A stretch of 64,000 nucleotides of DNA from Planctomycetota bacterium. GTDB taxonomy: Bacteria; Planctomycetota; JAJSAM01; JAJVHW01. How positions within the stretch are numbered: position 1 is the first letter of the stretch; each line of letters opens with the position of its first letter. The position numbers were made by a program, and so were the translations under genes. Below are positions 58,107 through 64,000 of this stretch, one piece after another. The notes under the pieces are model-generated. The model did not search any database, had not been told where the DNA came from, and saw nothing but the letters and a program-made list of their open reading frames with translations. The DNA lies in contig CBDFJG010000004.1 of the NCBI GenBank assembly GCA_965248445.1, forward strand, positions 1,568,001-1,632,000. The letters are read 5' to 3'.

Positions 58107-59989
58107 CTAGCGTTCGCTGAGGCCGACGCCCATGCGTCCGGGAGCGATCTCGATCTCCATCCGCTCCGCGCCGCGGTAGAGGACGGCCTTGACCGTCGCC
58201 GCACCCGCGGGCTTCGCAGCTTGGATTGCCTGCCTCAAGTCTTCGATCGAGCCGAGCGTCTGCCCGTCGTAGCTGGCGAGATAGTCGCCCGCCTGGACGC
58301 CCGCCTTGACGGCGTTGCTGTCATTGGCGACGTTCGTCACCTGCAGCGCCGGCGCCGGCATCGTGCCCTCCGGGGTGCGGTACAGGATCAGGTAGGAGCG
58401 AACGACGTGGCCGGCCTGGTTGATTTGCTTCTCGCTGGGGCGTTGGTCCTCGGGCGCATCCGAGAAGTCGTACGGCTTCGGCTCGTACCCGAACGCGGCC
58501 GTCTTGCCCGCAAGGAGGTGCGGTGTGACGTTGATCCACCACGGATGGACAATGTCGCCCGGCGCCCAGCCCGCGCGTGCGTACTTCCACGTCCCGAACT
58601 GCGGGCGGTTGGGGTTCAGGTAGCAGTCCGTCTTCCAGAGCACGTTCTCGAAGCGGTGCTCAGCAGGCGACTCGACCCCGAAGTCCGGGACGAACACCAG
58701 CGAGCGCGCCGAGGGCGTGAACTCCCCGACCTGCGAGTGCCCGGTGGTGAACGTGCAGACGCGTGCGGCCTTCGCGTCGTCGCCGATCTGAACCATGTGC
58801 CGGTCGAAGAAGTCCCGGAAGTGGTTCTCGGCCGACTTGTACTTCGCCCGCCCGTGCCAGAGCGTCACCACGCGGTACGGCTCGAGCTCCGGCTTGCCGT
58901 GATGGAAGTCCAGCGACACGCTCATCATGTAGCCGCGGTTCTTGTAGAACGTCGTCCCCGCTGCGATCTCGAACTTCGTCTTGCCCGCGAGCCAGGGCCG
59001 GAAGTGTGTGACGTCCACCTCCCAGTGGCACTCGGTGCGATACGAGGTGATGAACGGCACGATGTCGCGCTTCTCACCGTCGGGATCGATCACGTAGAGG
59101 TGCCCGTTGCGGTCCCACTCGTCCCAGTCCTTGCCTGCGTCGTGGATGTCGAGCGTCAGGATCACGCGATCGAACTCCCAGTTCGCGGGGGGCAGTTCCA
59201 CCTCCGCCTCGAACGACGTCTTCGAGTTGTCGGTCAGGACGTGGTTGAACACTTCGAAGTGCTTCGCCGGCCGGCGACGGACGGCGGGCGTCGCCGCCTC
59301 GAACGCACGTCGCGCACGTCGAAGTAGGTCGCCAGGTCCGGCCGCGTCCCAGCGCCGATCGCGAGCCGCGACGTGTGGGGCAGGAGGTGAGGGACGAAGT
59401 AGCGGTCGTACACGGCCTCACCGGCGAGCTTCACTGTGACGTCGGCGCCCCCGATCACGTGCTCGACGACGATCTCGCAATCGGCCCAATCGCCGCGGAA
59501 CTCGGCCGGTGCCACGCGCTTGACGAGCTCCCGCCCGTCGAAGTGCAGCGACACCTCGCGTTGCGGCAGCCCCTCGTAGTTGCCCCACGGTCCGAAGGGT
59601 TCCTCGTTCTTCGGGTTGTGCACGTCGATGCCGACGGCGAACGTGCCGCGCAGGTTCGGCTCGACCCAGCTCTGAACGAAGGGCGCCGGACCGCGTTCGC
59701 CGTACTCGGCGGTGTTCAGGAAGGCGAACGCGCCTCCGTCCCCGCCCTCCAGCACGCGGAGCTTGCAGGTCTGTGAGACGCGTTCGTACGCGCCCTTGCG
59801 CTCGGCGTCCCACGCCACGGCATTCGACTGGCCGGTCGAGCCGTCCCCGTCGAGCACCCGGTAGACGCCCATCTCGCTTGACGGACCGGACCCTGCCCCG
59901 AATTGCGAGAGGTGGGGGTCGGCGGCGAACGCGGCGCTCGCGAGCGCCAGTACGAGCAATGCGAGCAGTGCGACGGTGAGTCGGGACAT
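58107..59989 (-). CDS. Secreted lectin-like + peptide-N-glycosidase F-like + PDZ protein; 1-nt frameshift near 59302
   Basis: Signal peptide; GGDGGAFAF/FAVGID lectin-like; DEWDR, FITSY, TGH, GEF, GTWKYARAGWAPG; AGVQAGDYLASYDG PDZ. Confidence 0.8.
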
Positions 59990-60036
59990 GGGCACCTCCG
60001 GAGAGGCACCGTCATACCGAGTGCGAAGCGCGACCG

Positions 60037-62328
60037 CTACTCGCAGATGAGCTTTGTGCCCTTGCCGTTCAGTGTGCAGGTCGCGACAGTGCCCGCGCGG
60101 ACCGCCCGGCCCGAGTGTGCGCGCAGCGTGAGTGGCGCCTCCACGAGCTCCGCCAGCTCCGGCACCCTGAGCCTCACCTTGAACTCGTAGACCCCCGGCT
60201 CCCTCTTCGACGGCTTGAACGTCGTCTTGACGGTGCGGCGCAGGCGTCCGCGGATCGTCCCGTTCTTCTTCACCTTGCAATCATCCGAACCGATCCGCAC
60301 GACCTCCAGCGGCGTAGCGCCGTGGGCGATCGTGAGCGTGAGACCGCCCGAGACGTCGAGCACGTCGTCGGGTCCGTTCACGCCGGTGGTGACGGTGCCC
60401 TTGATCCGGATGACGCCCTTGCCGCTGTTGCGCCGCCGCACGCGCCCACGGTCGATCGCGATCGAGGGAGCGGGGGAGAAGTACGCGGTGGCCTGCGCGA
60501 CGGCGTCAGGACCGATCTCTGATCCCATCAGCCGCCCGGGGATGTCGTCGGCGCGTGGGTGGATGCCGCCGTAGATGCGCGAAAGGCTGCACTCGTCCGC
60601 TGCGTCGAAGTATGTCGCCCACTGGAGTGTGATGTCCGTGCTCGGCCCGTCCTCGAACACGAGGAACTCGTTCTGCGGCGCGAAGAACTCCCCGAGTCCG
60701 CCGGGGAAGTACTCGTCGCCGGTGAACTGCGTCATCACGGCTGCGGCGGCGCGGCTGTACGTGCTGTGACCGGACACGTAGCCGGCGAATGGCGGCGTCA
60801 CGAAGCTCGGCCGCTGGTAGGGCCACCAGTTCTCCGCCAGGATCCAGCCGACTCCGGCTGTCGTCGCGTCCGGGTCGCCGATGAAGTCCGGCCCGCGCCA
60901 GGCGAGCACGGCGATCTTCCCGACGTTCTCGTTGCCGGCGAGGTGCTCGTGGCGCTGTCCCGGGGCCGCCGAAGCCGTCGTGACCACCTCGATCACGTCG
61001 GCGAGCAGCGGGATACCGGCCGGGTGATAGCCGGGCTGGCCGGGGTCAGAACTCTGCCCGAGGTCCGCCATCGCGCGAATCGCGGAGACCGGACGGATGT
61101 AGTCGTACCAGCCCTTCACGCCCCACGCGGCGACCGCGCAGTCGTGCATCGCACCACCCATCGTCAGATAGAGCTTCACATCCCACTCGAGGCGGTTGAC
61201 TTCGGGGCCGGCGCCGGCGATGCGGTGTTCGACGTCCGGATGGTCCGAGACGTAGTTCGCGATCGTGAACCAGTGCCCCGGCGGGGTCTCCGAATCGGGC
61301 CCGTCGGCCCAGAATTCGGCCAGCACGCGGTAGTAGTCACCGGCGGGAACCAATTGCGGCGCGTACGGCTGCCCGGTCGCCGGGTTCGTCGCGCGGCCGG
61401 AGCCGTCGTTCGTGCCGAGGGTGTTGTTGCCGCGCGTCGCGGGACTGATGTCGGTCATCTCCCCGTCCGCGGGGTCGAGCAGACTGCTCCACTCGACGAC
61501 TTGAACGAAGCCGGCGCGATACTCTTCGTCGCCCACGCCGCGGTGCTGCAGCGGCGCGCCAGGATCGTGGAACACGACGTACTCCGACCCTCCGCGCGTG
61601 TACACGGCGCGGTCCTCGGCGAGGAGTGCGAACGGTGTAACCGCGCCCCACTCGGGACTCAGGAAGTCGGGCGTCCCCTGGGGCAGGACGTTGCCGCTCT
61701 GATCGATGAAGAACTCGAGAGCCAGCGGCTGCCATCGGTTGAAGTCATCGAGTTCGGGATTGCCCGGGAACACGGGCAGGAGCGGATCGTTGACCGGACG
61801 GTAGAAGACGTTCACGTAGCCGTTCGCTTCGTTTGCGCCGTCGCCCCCCCCGAACGCGAGCACGGCCGCGGCGATGCGGTTCCCGAGCGCCGCGGGTGTG
61901 GCGCTCGCGACCTCTACAACGCTCGGGTCGAGACCGAGGTCGTCCATCTTGGCGTCGAGAGCGGGGATCGTCTCGTCGGCGCCGGGAGATCCGGCGAAGC
62001 GGGACGACAGGACGCGGTAGGCGGCGTAGCTGATCGCGATTTCGCGCGCCTCCTCGACGTCCACGGCGCCGGCTCGCTCGTGGTGGAGGTACGTCGCGGC
62101 GGTGTCGTCGTACGCCGCCCACGCGTCCCACATCGCGACTGACGTGTGGAACAGGTTCCGTGCATGCACCGTCGGCCGCGCAAAGTCGTTGCGGATCGCG
62201 TCCAGCAGGAGCTCGTTCCACTGTCGGGCGACCGAGTGGCCGTCCGCTTCCTGGGCCGTCGCGAACTCAGGGGCCGCCGACAGCGACAGCACGGCGATGC
62301 AGATCGCGAGAACACGTCGCAGTCCCAT
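60037..62328 (-). CDS. Secreted vanadium haloperoxidase/PAP2-family protein
   Basis: KGWYDYIRP, PPFAGYVSGHS, SRIYGGIH; signal peptide. Confidence 0.88.
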   Translation of the reverse strand: MGLRRVLAICIAVLSLSAAPEFATAQEADGHSVARQWNELLLDAIRNDFARPTVHARNLFHTSVAMWDAWAAYDDTAATYLHHERAGAVDVEEAREIAISYAAYRVLSSRFAGSPGADETIPALDAKMDDLGLDPSVVEVASATPAALGNRIAAAVLAFGGGDGANEANGYVNVFYRPVNDPLLPVFPGNPELDDFNRWQPLALEFFIDQSGNVLPQGTPDFLSPEWGAVTPFALLAEDRAVYTRGGSEYVVFHDPGAPLQHRGVGDEEYRAGFVQVVEWSSLLDPADGEMTDISPATRGNNTLGTNDGSGRATNPATGQPYAPQLVPAGDYYRVLAEFWADGPDSETPPGHWFTIANYVSDHPDVEHRIAGAGPEVNRLEWDVKLYLTMGGAMHDCAVAAWGVKGWYDYIRPVSAIRAMADLGQSSDPGQPGYHPAGIPLLADVIEVVTTASAAPGQRHEHLAGNENVGKIAVLAWRGPDFIGDPDATTAGVGWILAENWWPYQRPSFVTPPFAGYVSGHSTYSRAAAAVMTQFTGDEYFPGGLGEFFAPQNEFLVFEDGPSTDITLQWATYFDAADECSLSRIYGGIHPRADDIPGRLMGSEIGPDAVAQATAYFSPAPSIAIDRGRVRRRNSGKGVIRIKGTVTTGVNGPDDVLDVSGGLTLTIAHGATPLEVVRIGSDDCKVKKNGTIRGRLRRTVKTTFKPSKREPGVYEFKVRLRVPELAELVEAPLTLRAHSGRAVRAGTVATCTLNGKGTKLICE

Positions 62329-62417
62329 CAGAAAACACTCCCGTTCGATGACCGCCCCGGCAACCCACCACCCATTCTGAGTCTACCGCTCCCGTGCGGG
62401 CCCGGGGTGGGACGGAC

Positions 62418-62948
62418 TCACTCCGCGAAGTGCTTCTTTGCGAGGCGCCGGACCGTGTTGGTGGTCCTTGCGGTTGCGGTTCCGGCGAGCCGCACGATCT
62501 TCTGCAGGTTGATCGTCGAATCGAGGATCGACCCACGTGGTAGCCAGTGAATCTCGCGTCCGATCAGTTCGAGCCGGTCGGCTTTGGTGGCCAACTGCAG
62601 GATTGCGTCCCTCTTCGTGGGGGACGGCGTCGTCGCCAGCAGCCAGACGTGCTCCTTGCCCCAGGTACTCACCAGCCGCGCGGGGAACACGTCCCGAGCG
62701 GCGATCTCCAACACGTCGGGTCCGGTGCGCAGGACCGTCGGCACGTCGTACCCGAGCGCCTTCTTCAGTCCCTTCTCGATGCGCGCGGCGACGTTCTTCT
62801 TGCGCCCCGCGTCGAACACCACGTTTCCGCTCGCGAGGAACGCAGACACGTCCGAGAACCCGAGCGCCTCGATGTGTCCGCACAGCTCGGCGTTCGTGAT
62901 CCGGTGCCCGCCGACGTTCATCCCGCGCAGGAAGGCCACGTATCGCAT
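62418..62948 (-). CDS. DUF1697 family protein
   Basis: YVAFLRGMNVGG, FLASGNVVF, TARTTNTVRRL. Confidence 0.9.
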   Translation of the reverse strand: MRYVAFLRGMNVGGHRITNAELCGHIEALGFSDVSAFLASGNVVFDAGRKKNVAARIEKGLKKALGYDVPTVLRTGPDVLEIAARDVFPARLVSTWGKEHVWLLATTPSPTKRDAILQLATKADRLELIGREIHWLPRGSILDSTINLQKIVRLAGTATARTTNTVRRLAKKHFAE

Positions 62949-62985
62949 GTGGCGGGAGTTCTAGCAGGCAACGCCCTCGCATGGG

Positions 62986-63003
62986 TATATCGGATATGAT
63001 ATA
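62986..63003. promoter_or_regulatory. AT-rich palindromic operator TATATC-N6-GATATA
   Basis: Perfect 6-bp inverted repeat immediately upstream of the HTH gene in a divergent intergenic gap. Confidence 0.6.
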
Positions 63004-63011
63004 TGTCGGAG

Positions 63012-63869
63012 ATGAGCACCTCCGGAGACCTGATCCTCGAGGCCCGACACCGCGCCGGACTCTCCCAGTCCGAACTCGCGCAACGCCTGGGCACGAGCCA
63101 GCCGGCGGTCGCTCGTTGGGAGGGCGGAGGCACCCGGCCGCCGATGGAGCGCGTCCTGGAGGCGCTGCACGCCTGCGATCTCGACCTGAGGTTCCGGGTC
63201 GTCAAGCACGAGGACCACGACGTCGTGCTCGGCCTGAACAACCTGCGCCTGACTCCGGCCGGCCGGATGCGCGAGCACTCAGCGATGTCGGGGTTCGTCG
63301 GGAAGGCGCATCGCGCCGCTGCGGCCCGACACCGCCCTCGTGCCGACCGCGTGAGTGAGGGTCGCGGCGAACCCGTTCCGGAGTTTCGCCCGGAGGAAAT
63401 CCTACGCGTCTTGGCGGCGCGCTCGGTGGACTACGTGCTGATCGGCGGACTGGCGGGAGTTCTCCACGGCTCACCGCACAGCACACGCGACGTGGACATC
63501 TGCCCCTCGCGCCAGCCCGCCAATCTCGATCGCCTCGCTGCCACCTTGCGCGATCTGGATGCGAAGCTGAACGTCGGTGGCGCCGATCCGATCTCGTTTC
63601 CCTACGACCCCGCTTTCCTCGCGCGCGTCTCCGTGCTGAACACGATCACGCGTGCCGGAGGCCTCGATCTCAGCTTCGAGCCATCGGGGACGCGCGGACA
63701 TGGAGACCTGCGGCGCGCCGTCGAGTTCGTGGAGGTCGATGGCGTGCCTGCTCCGGTCCCGGTCGCCTCTCTCGCCGATGTCATCCGCTCGAAGGAAGCG
63801 GCCGGCCGCGACAAGGACCGCGTCGTCCTGCACGTGCTGCGCGAACTCCTCCGCCGGCAGCGCGACTGA
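63012..63869 (+). CDS. XRE-family HTH fused to a nucleotidyltransferase domain
   Basis: ARHRAGLSQSELAQRLGTSQPAVARWE; YVLIGGLAGVLHG..TRDVD; LIRSK-like VIRSKEAAGRDKD. Confidence 0.82.
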   Translation: MSTSGDLILEARHRAGLSQSELAQRLGTSQPAVARWEGGGTRPPMERVLEALHACDLDLRFRVVKHEDHDVVLGLNNLRLTPAGRMREHSAMSGFVGKAHRAAAARHRPRADRVSEGRGEPVPEFRPEEILRVLAARSVDYVLIGGLAGVLHGSPHSTRDVDICPSRQPANLDRLAATLRDLDAKLNVGGADPISFPYDPAFLARVSVLNTITRAGGLDLSFEPSGTRGHGDLRRAVEFVEVDGVPAPVPVASLADVIRSKEAAGRDKDRVVLHVLRELLRRQRD

Positions 63870-63889
63870 GGACGCGCCGTGAATGCGGG

Positions 63890-64000
63890 TCAGCTTCCAC
63901 TCTCGGACAGGAGGCGAATGACCCAGTACGCAAGGAATGCGAGGATCGCGAGGCCGGTCAGCTTGCGCAGCATGCGCGTCACCCTCCGGTACTTGTCGAA
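63890..64000 (-). CDS. C-terminus of a membrane protein (partial, enters from the right edge)
   Basis: FDKYRRVTRMLRKLTGLAILAFLAYWVIRLLSESGS followed by a stop. Confidence 0.5.
   Translation of the reverse strand, partial: FDKYRRVTRMLRKLTGLAILAFLAYWVIRLLSESGS

Overview
High-GC bacterial chromosomal segment. An ECF-sigma/Ser-Thr kinase pair, HEAT, WD40 and FG-GAP proteins and many large secreted proteins suggest Planctomycetota or a similar lineage (inference). About 45 CDSs; no rRNA, tRNA or CRISPR seen. Two insertion sequences sit inside genes: the right end of an IS66 (to 308), and a complete IS1595-family element (4665-5710; 25-bp TIRs, 8-bp TSD) that splits a hybrid histidine kinase. Main points of interest: (1) a YceI / membrane protein / SET-domain methyltransferase / Pls-PosA-type poly-amino-acid synthetase operon, with SET and synthetase translationally coupled; (2) a hidden exported selenoprotein (UPHC thioredoxin motif, SECIS-like hairpin, HEAT repeats) split by the ORF caller; (3) NrdR-box-like palindromes placed symmetrically just inside both IS1595 ends; (4) a ~390-bp nested foldback/REP-like element; (5) an XRE-HTH/nucleotidyltransferase fusion with an upstream operator palindrome. 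Four single-base frameshifts look like possible long-read indel errors. All family calls come from motif recognition by eye, not database searches.
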